From NCBI GenBank assembly GCA_964019335.1, contig OZ025727.1, forward strand, positions 372,001 through 436,000: DNA of 64,000 nt, in the 5' to 3' direction. Under the pieces are notes generated by a model. The model saw only the letters and a list, made by a program, of their open reading frames with translations, searched no databases and had not been told where the DNA came from. Source of the DNA: Diplonema japonicum. Lineage: Eukaryota > Protista > Euglenozoa: Diplonemea. Numbering within the stretch: the first letter of the stretch is position 1; each line of letters opens with the position of its first letter. Shown one piece after another: positions 30,374-41,369 of this stretch. Both the position numbers and the translations under genes were made by a program.

Positions 30374-32387
30374 CATAGTGTCCAGGGTTAACCGATCACC
30401 TTCGGGTTTTGAAACCCGACCCGAGCAATTTTAGATTTTCGATCACAGTCGGGTTAATGATCGGTTTTTTTCTAATTTCGGATCGGTTTGATCGATCCAA
30501 AACCCATATTTCTGGCAAAAAATACCAAGACTGCTCAAATTTTTTTTTTTTCAAAAACCCTATTTTGACGATCCAGCCATTAAAACCCAAAATAGAGCCT
30601 TATTTAAGGCCTTAAATGCAGTTTTGAAAAAACTGGTTTTCAGACCTGTGATTCTCCTGGGTCAGGGAGGTCCAAGTTAAAAACAACAGGATTTATGATC
30701 GGTTTGATCGATCCAAAACCCATATTTCTGGCAAAAAATACCAAGACCATGCTCAAAAATTCTTTTTTCTAAAAACCCTATTTTGACGATCTGAGCCCAT
30801 TCCAGCCATCAAAACCCAAAATAGAGCCTTATTTAAGGCCTTAAATGCAGTTTTGAAAAAACTGGTACTTTTTTATACAACTGGTGGCCCATGCCAAAAG
30901 GAGGAAATTAAGCTCCTACGGCACCAAGGGCACACTTGCTAGCAGGATCGCTGCTGACAAGGCTAAGAACGGTGGGGAGGACACCGATAACGCAAGCCCG
31001 GAAGTCAAGAAGCGGGGGCGCGCACCCCTTCACAAACGGTGGCGGTGAAGAACTCAGCGGCTCAGTTGAGGGTGCTAAGCCAGCCTACACTCCAAGACGC
31101 ACCTCCCAAAACCGTACCTGCGGAAGATACGCCGGAGCACATCGTTTTCACTAACCTTGTGACCCGAAACCCCGCCATCGACAGATTCTTCTCCGTGGTG
31201 TCTGTCGAAACTCTTTCGGAACCGTCCAGGGGTCTCTTGCGGGGGGGCACCCATGTAATATGGTGCTCCGTTTGCAAGTCTGCTATTCCGCCTCACACCA
31301 GACGTACGAAGGCAGCTGTTGTTCTTGTACCTGAATCAGGACATCGGTGGTGCTCTGTCTTCGTCTGACAGGCACCACGTTCTCAGGCACGCCGGGTTGC
31401 AAGCAGGGAGGTAAGAAATTGTGCGTTCATCGCTGTGTGCGTGCATTCAGTTCTCTGTGGGTGAACATCCTGCCTCAACGGGCACGCTTCCGTGTGTCCC
31501 ATGGAGCTTTTCAAGGCGCCCCCTTACTTTGTTCGTTGCTACTTCCCGTTCAAGTTTCAATGTTTTTCATTATTGACTTTCGTGCCCAGTTAAAAACCCG
31601 CCAAAAACAGGGAGAATGCCGATTTTCGGGAAAATAATCCTTTTCTAAGATGTTTCGATGCAGGCGTTGTGTACCTGGGAGGTTCGGGAGACGAATAGAA
31701 GGGTTATAAGTATGGTTGCATGCTCTCCTCCCGTTCTAATTATTGATTTTTGATTTCGCTCCTATTTAAACAGAAAAAAGAAGAAAACCCGCCAAAAAAA
31801 GCGAAAAACAGCTTTTCGGGAAAATAATCCTTTTCTAAGTCGTTTTGATGCTCCCTGGGGTCGGCTTTGTGTATCTGGGGGGCCCGGGGGACGAATAAAA
31901 GGGTTATTATATGCATGGTTGCGTGCTCTCCTCCCGTTTTAATTATTGACTTTTGATTTCGCTCCCAATTAGGATCCTGCCTGAAACAGGGAAGCACCAG
32001 CTTTTCGGGAAAATAATCCTTTTCTATGTCATTTTGATGCTCCCTGGGGTCGGCTTTGTGTATCTGGGGGGCCCGGGGGATGAAACGAAGGGTTTTAAGC
32101 ATGATTGCATGCTCTCCTCCTTTTAATTTTTGATTTTCGATTTTTTTTGTTTTTTCGCTTTTAATTAAAAACCCGTCAAAAAAAGCGAAAAAACAGCTTT
32201 TCGAGAAAATAATCCTTTTCTAAGTCGTTTTGATGCTCCCTGGGGCCGGCTTTGTGTATCTGGGGGGCCCGGGATACGAATATAAGGGTTTTAAGCATGG
32301 TTGCATGCTCGCCTTTCATTTGACGTCAATTTAAAACCCGATTGTAATTAAAAACCCGCGGGTGATCGGTTAACCCTGGATACTATG
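30374..32387 (+). mobile_element. Non-autonomous hAT-type DNA transposon, copy 1 (2014 bp)
   Basis: 27-bp TIRs CATAGT(G/A)TCCAGGGTTAACCGATCACC and flanking direct repeat TATTTA. Subterminal tandem units of ~180-240 bp at both ends. Decayed 5' transposase remnants at 30890-31500 (WCSVCK ... HHVLRH, BED-finger-like). Confidence 0.88.
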
Positions 32388-32558
32388 TATTTATTCTTTT
32401 TGCTTAAGGAAAACAGTGGGTTAACATATTAGTTAACCGGTTCAAATGAAATCAGCTTGCACAATCAAGTAAGTTCTCTCTTCATTCCATCCTATTATTT
32501 GTCTCACAGCACACCCAAACACAGGAGGAAGGCGCATACATGCTCAGCAGGGTGACCG

Positions 32559-35500
32559 ATGCAAGGAGGTGATACGATACGAACAGATGCGCCTGCCGCG
32601 CTCGGCGGGATGGGAGGTGGCTCGTTTAACGTGGTGGATGCAGGGGACGACGAGGTACCTGTCTATGAGGTAGGGCTGCAGTGCTTGTGGCGCAGCAATG
32701 CAGCGTACTTAAAGGCGGTATTCTGGTCAGAGGAGCAGACATGGCTGGTGGACATGCTAGAGGGACACTGCGTAGGGATCGAGGGCACCGTGAAGGAGGA
32801 GGCTTGTCTGCTGGGGGAAGGCGAGATACAAGAAACAAAATACATCACAGGCAACAACCTCGTTCGCCGACACGACAGAGCCGTTTCCATCATCTCTGAC
32901 GACGAGACCATTACAGTGAACCTCCCTAACATCACGGAGGCGACTAGATTCTACGAGTGTTGCAAGATCGCACTTTCCGACGAGCTTGTCTGGGCACCCT
33001 TGCTGGCATTGCCCGAGCCCAACCCTGCGGTGCTCATGGCAAAGCTATCGGGGTTTTTCAAAGAGGCCCCTCTACGGCGGTCTAGTAAGAAGATCGACCT
33101 TTCTGGTGAGTGCAATATCACAACCTCACGTGACCCCACCGCCATGCAGTCTTTGTGGGTGGGGAACCTCGACCTCAATTACTCTGTTCTCCCGGTCAGG
33201 GCCGACCTCTCCCGATGGCTACCCAGAGGCAAGGACCTCTACGTCATAGGGCTCCTTGGCATCTCTGACGCTCTGTATGAAGAAAGGATGCGCCTTACCA
33301 ACCAGATCTGGCGACATGTCGGCAAGCGGGGCTACCACAATCTAATGACGGTTGACAACATGGAGCTCACTGTGATGGTGCTTGCAAGGCACAGCGTGAG
33401 CAAAAGGGTCCACTCGCTCAAAACAATGAAACACTGCGAAACGCGCCCCTCGCAGGAGGAGGAGGATGCTGTATCTCCTTTAGTTTGTGTACAACTCAAT
33501 TTCGACGAGACATTAATGTGCTTCGCGTGTACTAAGGTGTTGTTGCTAAAATCCGACCTTGGGTGGGAAGCAGCAGGAATACGCAGCAGAGTGCTCACTT
33601 CCATCATGTCAGCCATCGACCTTGAGGGCCGCCCGGGGTGCGCGTTTGACCCTTCATCGAGGTTTGATCATTTCTTCGTCTTCGGGGGTCTCGGGGATGA
33701 GATTTTTGTAGAGGTCCAGAAAGGCAATGCTTTGCAAGGATTCATAGAAGGTGACCTGGTCCTCCCCAAAGGCGGCTCCCTGTCGCAGAGGATCTTCTAC
33801 TCTTCATTGCCGTGCTTCGATCTCACGCCCGAGACCTATGATGCAAGTGTTCCGTGGGGCACCATTGAAGAAGGGAGACATGCGGTCGGTGCCTTCTTCG
33901 ATTTACCAGTGCAGCTCCCCTACATTGAAGCACTTTCCACACCTTCTGCGCTGCATTCATTTGAGGTTTCTGCGCAGCTGAAATTAGAAGAGATCGACTC
34001 ATCTGTGCCATTGAACAACGTTGCTTGCACGCTGTGCACGGAATGCGCTTCGAAGGAGGACAACCAACACGTTGTAGAATCTATGACCATAGGGACGAAT
34101 GCCCTGCCCACGTGTACCTTTGAGCCCATTCAACTCCACACCAATTCACAAGCGTATCTCTCGCAGCAGTGTTTGTACATCACTGCGTCCATCGAGGGCC
34201 ACAGCCTCGGGTCAGGCGCCATCGCCATTCACGACATATTCAAATCGATGTGGTCTGGGACAGGCGTGGAGTATGTGCAAGTGTCAGACTCGGTGAAGAA
34301 GACAACGCCAGTGCCCCTCACTGTCGCCCTGCATAGCGATTGCAAGGCTTCAGGTGCCACTGTCCTCTGCAACGTGAGTGTCTTCACCGACGCTGCACCT
34401 TTGATTCACGCGTCAGAGGAAAAGCAAGAGCGAGACGAGGTGACTCGACAAGAGATGATTGGGTACACGCACTCTAGCAGGGACGAAATTCTGCAAGAGC
34501 AGGCTTCAGCCTTCGACGAGTTCTTGGAGTTAAAAAGGTTCATAGATTCAGAAAAAGAAGCCCGCTGCTACCTTCAGCAGTTCGAAGCTCTTGGCAGGGA
34601 ACACTACAAAATACACCTCAGCACCGTCAATGAGGAAGTAGCTGCTTACGGTGGCATTGAGGAGTACATCGAGTACTTCGTGGTGTTGGATCAAATCACG
34701 CAGACGATATCAGGCAAAATGACAGAAGAGGCAGAGGAGCTCATGACTGTATGTGAGGAAGAAGAAGAAGTAACATGGGGTATCCTGCTGCGCCATCACC
34801 AGTGGGAACTGGGCATGCATGCGGAAAGAGTAAGCCAGGTTTGCGAGGAGACAGAAGCACGGGCAAACATCGATATTGAGTTAGAGGAAGATGTCGCCCT
34901 ACTTCTCGGGCTGAAGCAGTTGTCGCATAATGAAGTGCTGGCTAGGCACTTTATTGCAGAGCAGCTCGCCACTGAGTACATGCAGCTTGAGGTGGTTTTC
35001 AGCGAGGCAACTGCGAGGGACCAGGTGGTGGCACGGTATTATGAAGTGTTCGTTGCTATGTTTGAGTACGAAGCGCTTGCCGTGGTGCAATTCACACGGT
35101 CACACGAGGCATTGTATTACCAGGCGCTGCAGCAGCGCTCGTGGCTGGGCGTGACCGAAACAACAGAGCGGTTGCATACAGTTATTCTCCCGTCGCAAAT
35201 CTCGGCTCTTGAAGTGGAAGAAGTCATGGCACGAGAAAGCTCTACACAACAGGAGGCAATCGAGCACAACCACACAGCAGGTGCTATGCACATTTCTGGG
35301 AAAGAGCACCTAGTGTACTGCAACACGTTTGATGATCTTCGCGTCAGCATTGAGGCAGTCTTCGAATCAGCATTCCGGCAGCTGGTGCTGAACGAAGGCG
35401 TGCACAGGGAGGACATGCTTGTAGAGCACCATGACGAGGTTGGGCTGCATGCTGTCCTGCACGAAGAGCTATCGCGCAGATACTCCATGGTCCAGGAAGA

Positions 35501-38500
35501 AGTATCGTTATTCACGAACATGGAAGACGATGCGGTGACAGATAGGCACTACGCCACGGAGGCATGCAAGCTGCGCATCGATAAGGAAGTGTCGCAGCAG
35601 CGGCACCTATCAGAACGAGAGGAAGAAGAACGGCAAGCGTTAATCATGCTGCAGGATACTGACCTCTCTAGGGTGGCATCGCTGTTCAGGTACAACTTGC
35701 AGGTGGTGACTGACAATCTGCTGCATGATATTGACATCGCGATGCGCCGCGCTGTGATGGAGGAGACGTACCTGAGGGAGAGAGTCATGGACGAGGAGGA
35801 GCAAGAGAGTACTAGCCTTGCCTTCTGCTTGAGCTTGCAGAACACAGAAGTGGTCATGAGATTAGGGTTAATGGAGGAGTGTGATGTGCTGTTGTTGACT
35901 TGTTTAGAAGACTTCGAGACGCTGGCACGCAGCATAACCGATATGGGCATACAAAAGTTGTGCAAGTTGCGAGATGATTGGATGCTTGCGACCATTGAAG
36001 TGGAACGCGAGGCGGAGTACCAGCGGGAGTGCGTGGTGGAGCTAGAGGTTTTAGAGAACATAGGCCGCAGAAACGTAGCATTCGAGAGGTTCAAAGAAGC
36101 ACAGAAGTTACTCAGCATTGACGAAGACGTGAAAAGGATGCTTCTTAAGCAGCAGGAGACTATGCACTTCTTCCACTTGAACGAGCACTACTGCAGGTCA
36201 GTGCTGACAGAACTCTGCGCTGAACAATGGTGCGAACTGACGGACAGTTTGCGGTTCCCTCAGTATCCGAAATGGGACGAAACTCTTGCATGCCATAACA
36301 TTACAAGGCAAGGGCAAGTGCAGATCAAGATCAAGGAGGGACGTCGAGCACAATTCGAGCACAGGTGGTTGGTGATGAGGAATACGTCGCTCTCCATCTA
36401 CGAGGAGAAGATGCGCTTGGACCTTTCATTTGGTGTAGCCGCCGGGAGCATGCCGCTTAACCCATGCGGGTTCTCTCTCTCGACGCTTGGTACTGTGGGC
36501 AGCGATGCTCTGGTGTTCAATACACCCAGCAGTGGGGAGCGGGACTCCTGGGTGAGCTGCTTATTGGGATATGAGAATGGGAAGCTGAGCACCGGTACCC
36601 AGACAGAGCGGGACACCACTGATTACGAGAAAATAAAGGAGGAGGCCATGATGGTGGCAGATGAAAAGTACTCAAAGATGGTCACAGCCGTGGTCGGAAA
36701 GCTGGAGGACAACATGTCACACATGCAGACGTCTCAGCGACAGACGGAAGAGGCAATCATCAACACCATACACCGCAGGGAGCGAGACGTTCACGGCGGG
36801 CGGCTACGCAACCAGCAGGAAGAGACTGACATGAAAATCAACATGCTGGAGGGGCAGATGGAAAGGCTGCGGTTGGAAAAGTCACCACCGCAGCTGTCAC
36901 TGCAAGCTAGAATCATGCAATTGGAGAGTGATCTCCAGGAGGCCAATATGAGGGCGCAGGCCGCAAGGTCCACTGGCCCCACGGCATTGCTAGAAGAAGA
37001 GCTTCATTCGAAAAGCCGTATCATTGCATCCCTAGAAGAGCAGCTAGCGCAGTCGTCGCTGGCATCGCCTCTGTCACTCCCCGTCTACCCGAGCGGACTA
37101 GACAATGAACTGCTCCAGAATCGGCAGCTTATTATTGCGCTCGAAGAGCAGGTCTGCTCTCTCCAGTCTCAGCTCGAAACCAGCCGCCCATCAGATGCCG
37201 ACAAACGTCTACAAAAGCTGCATGCGCAGCTCAGCACTGATGACGAGACGCAGGTGCTTAAGAAGCGTGTCGTCAGTCTCGAGGAGGAGCTCGCTGCTTC
37301 TAACTCCCAAAAGAAAAACTCCGATCTCTGGAAAGCGCAACAAGAGGCATCAGCAGCAAGGGGCGAAGTTCTGAGGTTGAAAGATGCCTTGAAGATCGCG
37401 ATGAAGCATGAGGGGGTTCCCTATCAGGTGAAAGAAATGCTGAGCAGCCCGGGCAGCAGAGCGGTACTCAGAACCAAGGGTGTGCAGACAGTTATGACAC
37501 AGTTTGACGTTTCGAACCTTGAAGAGACAATTGACTACGCTGCCACTCTGGACGAGCGGTTCAGCACCAGTGTCGAGCGGGTGAAGGGTGTCATTCCCTA
37601 CAACGCGTATTGCATGCTTACAAGTGCTCTTTCCGATGGGGACACAGACGTAGACCCGATCCTGCCAATCGACTCGAGCCCTTCAAGCCCCTCATACCGA
37701 AAGGATGTCTCAGTCGTTTCGTTCTCTCCCGAGGCCAGGTTGCAGGGCACCGACATTAATCTTTTGGCAGAGGCAGTGCAAGCAGCTCGGCAAGAGCAGC
37801 AGGAGACTGTCGACAGCGTGCAGCGGTTGTTCAGGGACATGGAAAGCATGATGCGCATGTACCAGCCGACACCCCTCACGGAGGCCATCAGGCGATCTAT
37901 TGGTGTATTTAATGCAAGTGTTGAGGGTAACGTGCAGCTTCCGAGCAGCCCCGTCTTCATTCCGCCCACCTTCGTCTCTCCTGAGCGACGTTCTATGACG
38001 TCGCCGCAGCCGGTGCCCCAAAGAAGCCGCTCGTGTCAAGTTGATTTGCACGACGTTAGATTAGAACTGTCGGACGTCCGGGAGCAAAATGCCCTGCTGC
38101 TTGATAGGGTGCGGGAGACAGAGGCAGTCATACGCAAGCAAGCGGATGACATACGCAGGCACCAGGCCTCTGAGAAGGAGCTCTTGGAGCTCACGACAGA
38201 GCTCTCAGACGAAATCGAGCTCATAGAATCACGCGCAAGGGCACAGGAGCAGACATACCAGGATATCGTCACAGTGCACGAGGAACAAGGCGAGGAGTAC
38301 AAGCACAGGATACTGGAACTGGAACTCAGGCTACAAAGTGGATACAGCTCACCCAGAGTGCAGTCGCCGAGGGGGCAGTCGCCGAGAGGGGACCACGCAG
38401 TGCTCGAGCACTTTAGGCGGGTGGTGGAGGAGCAGGACGTTCAAAATAGAAACCTTAGGCAGCAGCTACATCATGCTGAAGCAAGAGCAAGTGATACAGG

Positions 38501-39419
38501 CAGTGAAAGCAGGCTGATGAAAGTAGTGGGGGAACAGGATATGCAAATCAATGTACTACGAGAGATGTTGAAGAAAGAGCAGCAGAAAGCAGCTGAGAAG
38601 GACAGTGTACTGACGGCTCCGTCGTCGCCCCTTTCGCAACGCCTCGCAGACCAGATCTTCGAAAGCAACAAAGACAAGCTGCTGAGGGCTGTCGACGACA
38701 GGGGCATCTCGCAGACGATGGACACGATGGTGGGGAACATGCTAGCAAAGGAACGGCTGGTGAATACAGTCGGAGGGGTGGGAGAGCTGAAAGAAGTGGA
38801 GGTGGGAGAAGGCACGGGAAGGAAGGTGGTAGAGAGGGAAGCGCAGGAGGTGCTAATAATAATGTTCTCATGGATGGTGTCCGAAGGAAGGCTGCGAAAG
38901 GAGGGTGAGGGGCCGAGGCATGTTCTGGAAGAGGACGCAGTGGAGCGCAAGGTTATGGAAATGGTGAGGAGCCCCGCTAGGGAGAGGCAGAAAATGTTTG
39001 AGATGCTTGAGGGAGTCTCAAGCAAGCTGGGGCAGGGAGGCTTCCTCCGAGGGGACTTAGTGCGCATCGCAGGGCTTACCTCAGCTTCTTACTTGAATGG
39101 AAAGACTGGAGTGATTGTGAACCCACCCACTCCTGCGACAGACAGGTATCTCGTATCTCTTGCACCTCCATTTGGGGACTGGGCCCTCCGGCGGTCTTCA
39201 TTGACCCCTGTTCCTCTGACATCCCCCACCTTCACGGAGAGCACCACGTTGCAAGAAGTGCGTAGCAGGTTGTGTGTCTCTACATATGAAGCTTGTCTGA
39301 GGGCTTGCCTTGTCATCTACTCTCAGATCTCTGGCATGTTCCTTCAACAGGCCCCTGAATGGCCCCTCCTCTTGGACCTCCTTGAAAGATGCCAAACTTG
39401 CGTAAAAGAGATTTGTTAG
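32559..39419 (+). CDS. 2286-aa protein: degenerate inositol 5-phosphatase-like domain, long coiled coils, PH domain, C-terminal KOW/SH3-like barrel
   Basis: LWVGNLDLN...LSRWL...DLYVIGL resembles the IPPc N-terminus. RQGQVQIK...RWLVMRNTSLSIYE...ERDSWVSCL is PH-like. GDLVRIAGL...LNGKTGVIV lies near the end. Confidence 0.75.
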   Translation: MQGGDTIRTDAPAALGGMGGGSFNVVDAGDDEVPVYEVGLQCLWRSNAAYLKAVFWSEEQTWLVDMLEGHCVGIEGTVKEEACLLGEGEIQETKYITGNNLVRRHDRAVSIISDDETITVNLPNITEATRFYECCKIALSDELVWAPLLALPEPNPAVLMAKLSGFFKEAPLRRSSKKIDLSGECNITTSRDPTAMQSLWVGNLDLNYSVLPVRADLSRWLPRGKDLYVIGLLGISDALYEERMRLTNQIWRHVGKRGYHNLMTVDNMELTVMVLARHSVSKRVHSLKTMKHCETRPSQEEEDAVSPLVCVQLNFDETLMCFACTKVLLLKSDLGWEAAGIRSRVLTSIMSAIDLEGRPGCAFDPSSRFDHFFVFGGLGDEIFVEVQKGNALQGFIEGDLVLPKGGSLSQRIFYSSLPCFDLTPETYDASVPWGTIEEGRHAVGAFFDLPVQLPYIEALSTPSALHSFEVSAQLKLEEIDSSVPLNNVACTLCTECASKEDNQHVVESMTIGTNALPTCTFEPIQLHTNSQAYLSQQCLYITASIEGHSLGSGAIAIHDIFKSMWSGTGVEYVQVSDSVKKTTPVPLTVALHSDCKASGATVLCNVSVFTDAAPLIHASEEKQERDEVTRQEMIGYTHSSRDEILQEQASAFDEFLELKRFIDSEKEARCYLQQFEALGREHYKIHLSTVNEEVAAYGGIEEYIEYFVVLDQITQTISGKMTEEAEELMTVCEEEEEVTWGILLRHHQWELGMHAERVSQVCEETEARANIDIELEEDVALLLGLKQLSHNEVLARHFIAEQLATEYMQLEVVFSEATARDQVVARYYEVFVAMFEYEALAVVQFTRSHEALYYQALQQRSWLGVTETTERLHTVILPSQISALEVEEVMARESSTQQEAIEHNHTAGAMHISGKEHLVYCNTFDDLRVSIEAVFESAFRQLVLNEGVHREDMLVEHHDEVGLHAVLHEELSRRYSMVQEEVSLFTNMEDDAVTDRHYATEACKLRIDKEVSQQRHLSEREEEERQALIMLQDTDLSRVASLFRYNLQVVTDNLLHDIDIAMRRAVMEETYLRERVMDEEEQESTSLAFCLSLQNTEVVMRLGLMEECDVLLLTCLEDFETLARSITDMGIQKLCKLRDDWMLATIEVEREAEYQRECVVELEVLENIGRRNVAFERFKEAQKLLSIDEDVKRMLLKQQETMHFFHLNEHYCRSVLTELCAEQWCELTDSLRFPQYPKWDETLACHNITRQGQVQIKIKEGRRAQFEHRWLVMRNTSLSIYEEKMRLDLSFGVAAGSMPLNPCGFSLSTLGTVGSDALVFNTPSSGERDSWVSCLLGYENGKLSTGTQTERDTTDYEKIKEEAMMVADEKYSKMVTAVVGKLEDNMSHMQTSQRQTEEAIINTIHRRERDVHGGRLRNQQEETDMKINMLEGQMERLRLEKSPPQLSLQARIMQLESDLQEANMRAQAARSTGPTALLEEELHSKSRIIASLEEQLAQSSLASPLSLPVYPSGLDNELLQNRQLIIALEEQVCSLQSQLETSRPSDADKRLQKLHAQLSTDDETQVLKKRVVSLEEELAASNSQKKNSDLWKAQQEASAARGEVLRLKDALKIAMKHEGVPYQVKEMLSSPGSRAVLRTKGVQTVMTQFDVSNLEETIDYAATLDERFSTSVERVKGVIPYNAYCMLTSALSDGDTDVDPILPIDSSPSSPSYRKDVSVVSFSPEARLQGTDINLLAEAVQAARQEQQETVDSVQRLFRDMESMMRMYQPTPLTEAIRRSIGVFNASVEGNVQLPSSPVFIPPTFVSPERRSMTSPQPVPQRSRSCQVDLHDVRLELSDVREQNALLLDRVRETEAVIRKQADDIRRHQASEKELLELTTELSDEIELIESRARAQEQTYQDIVTVHEEQGEEYKHRILELELRLQSGYSSPRVQSPRGQSPRGDHAVLEHFRRVVEEQDVQNRNLRQQLHHAEARASDTGSESRLMKVVGEQDMQINVLREMLKKEQQKAAEKDSVLTAPSSPLSQRLADQIFESNKDKLLRAVDDRGISQTMDTMVGNMLAKERLVNTVGGVGELKEVEVGEGTGRKVVEREAQEVLIIMFSWMVSEGRLRKEGEGPRHVLEEDAVERKVMEMVRSPARERQKMFEMLEGVSSKLGQGGFLRGDLVRIAGLTSASYLNGKTGVIVNPPTPATDRYLVSLAPPFGDWALRRSSLTPVPLTSPTFTESTTLQEVRSRLCVSTYEACLRACLVIYSQISGMFLQQAPEWPLLLDLLERCQTCVKEIC

Positions 39420-40731
39420 TTCGCTGGATTTTTTTTTCTTTATTTGTATCTTTGTATTTTGCATTTTTTTTTTGTTTCTCCTATCATACAAGTTTTTTTT
39501 TTTTAAAGAGTAAATTAAGAGAAGAAAAAGAGGGGCTTTAAAAGTGGGAAAAACAGAATTAAAAAAAAAAAACAAAGGTTTTCCGTTGCCTTTTTTTTTT
39601 TTGCTTTTTTTTTATATAAAAAAGAAACAACAAATGTAGTACCCGCTTTTCTTGTATACCCCTCCCCCACTTTTTCTTTTTTGTTTTATTTTATTTCTGT
39701 TGACATAGCTTTCTGTGATTTCTTTTTTCAAAATAAGTTTTTAAGTCGAATGGAAAAAAAAAGAGGAAATAGTCGCAAACTTGTGATTTTTCCAACTATT
39801 GAATTTATCGAAATAAATAAAAGTCACGGAAGCTATGTGGTAGTGTGGTTTTTCTTTTTTCCTTCTTCTTTTTTTTTTTTTCAAATCTTTATCGAGTTTC
39901 TTCTTTTTTCTAGATATTGGTAACTCCATGTTGCCCTACCGTCGGAGCTTTAGGCACCTTCCTTTTTTTCGAAGAGGAAAAAGAAAGGGGTTGGCTCTCT
40001 GCATTCTTATCCTTCTTTTTTTTTTTTTTTTTTTCCCTTTTTGCTGTGATGTTTTTTATTGTTAGTTTTACCGCCAACTCTTTTGTTCCCTTACTCCCCC
40101 ACCCAAAAAGAAAAAGGAAGAAAGATTTAAAAAAGGAACATAGCCCCCCCCCCCCCCCCCCCCCCCCATTTCCCATTTTCACAGCCTTCTCCACAACCAC
40201 TCTTTGTGTCTTTGTTTCCCCCCTTGCCCTCCCCGTTACTTTTTTATAAATGCTTTTTTTTTTTTGTATTTTCCAAGTTTTTTTTTTATTTCACACACAC
40301 AACATACCTTGCAACCTATGGTCTTTTTTTTTGGGGGGGGAGTTGGTTTTCAATGGGTTTTGATTTCATTCCCGACGAGCACTGCTTCATTGGTTTCCTG
40401 AAAATAACCTCCCGTACTTGGTCCACGGCATCGCCAGTCTCGGTGCCATGGCGCTTCGTGCCCAGTGATGGATGCCAAATCCCGAGAAATCCTAAAAACT
40501 TCGGTTTTCTTTTTTTTTATGGCGTAGCCTAAAGAACTTTTAGGTTTGCAAGACATGACAAACTAAATTTCCCAAAAAGAAAAAAAAAAAGAAAAAGGAA
40601 AAAAGGAGGAAGGAGGGGGGGAATTAAAAAAAAAAAAAGAGGGAAAAAAAGAAAAAAAAAAAAAAAAAGCGGGTGTTGGGATGAGCAGGCACAAAAAGTT
40701 TTCAATTTTAAGCGCTAAGCAAAACGCACCG

Positions 40732-41369
40732 ATGCTGAACTCGGTAGTGTTGGAGGTATTCTTTAAAAAAAAAAAAAAAAGAAATAATAATAATAACCCC
40801 CCATCCAGTCACGCTCTCACGGGAACAGCTCCTTCGGGTCGCCAAGGGGGTCGCCAGGGTACCCAAGGGGGGCATCGTCTCCATTGCCCCCATCGAGTGT
40901 CCCGAGAAGTCCTGTTGTGTCGCTGCCAGGGAGCCCTGTGGGGGGGTCGCCTAGCTTTGGACGGGGTGTTAGCCCGGTGCTGTCAGATGGGATTGTTGTC
41001 CCTACGGTGGAGGCACCTCAGGGATGGCAGCCCTTTTTTGACGCACGCATGTGTTTGACATACTATTTCAATCCAGAGACAGAGGAGACCATGTGGGCTG
41101 TCGACCAGGGTTGGCACGAGGTCGAACCTTCCTCGACAGAGGTAACATCTGACCCTGCTTCTCCTGTCTCTAGCAGGCTTCGCTCCCCCCTCCACGGTTC
41201 ACCCCTTGCGGATCTTGCTCGCTCGTTTGATGTCATTTCTATCGATGATGGCAGTGCCATGGATACCGAAGACCTTGCAGATGGTTGGGTCCTTGGGGTC
41301 GACAAGACCACCCGTGCTCTTTACAAGTACCATCTTCGTACTGGTGCTAAACGGCCATGGGCTGATTGA
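40732..41369 (+). CDS. Two-WW-domain protein; join(40732..40755,40809..41369) predicted
   Basis: PQGWQPFFD...YYFNPETEETMW and ADGWVLGVD...YKYHLRTGAKRPW. A 53-nt GTATT...TCCAG phase-0 intron links an upstream ATG in frame (start could also be 40681). Confidence 0.7.

Noticed and set aside
31740-32102. ORFs in transposon subterminal repeats (also 43188-43676)
   Set aside because: Translations of the non-coding ~180-bp repeat units.
40428-40490. H/ACA-like (AGA box) snoRNA hairpin
   Set aside because: The AGA lies about 22 nt from the putative pocket, not the expected 14-16.
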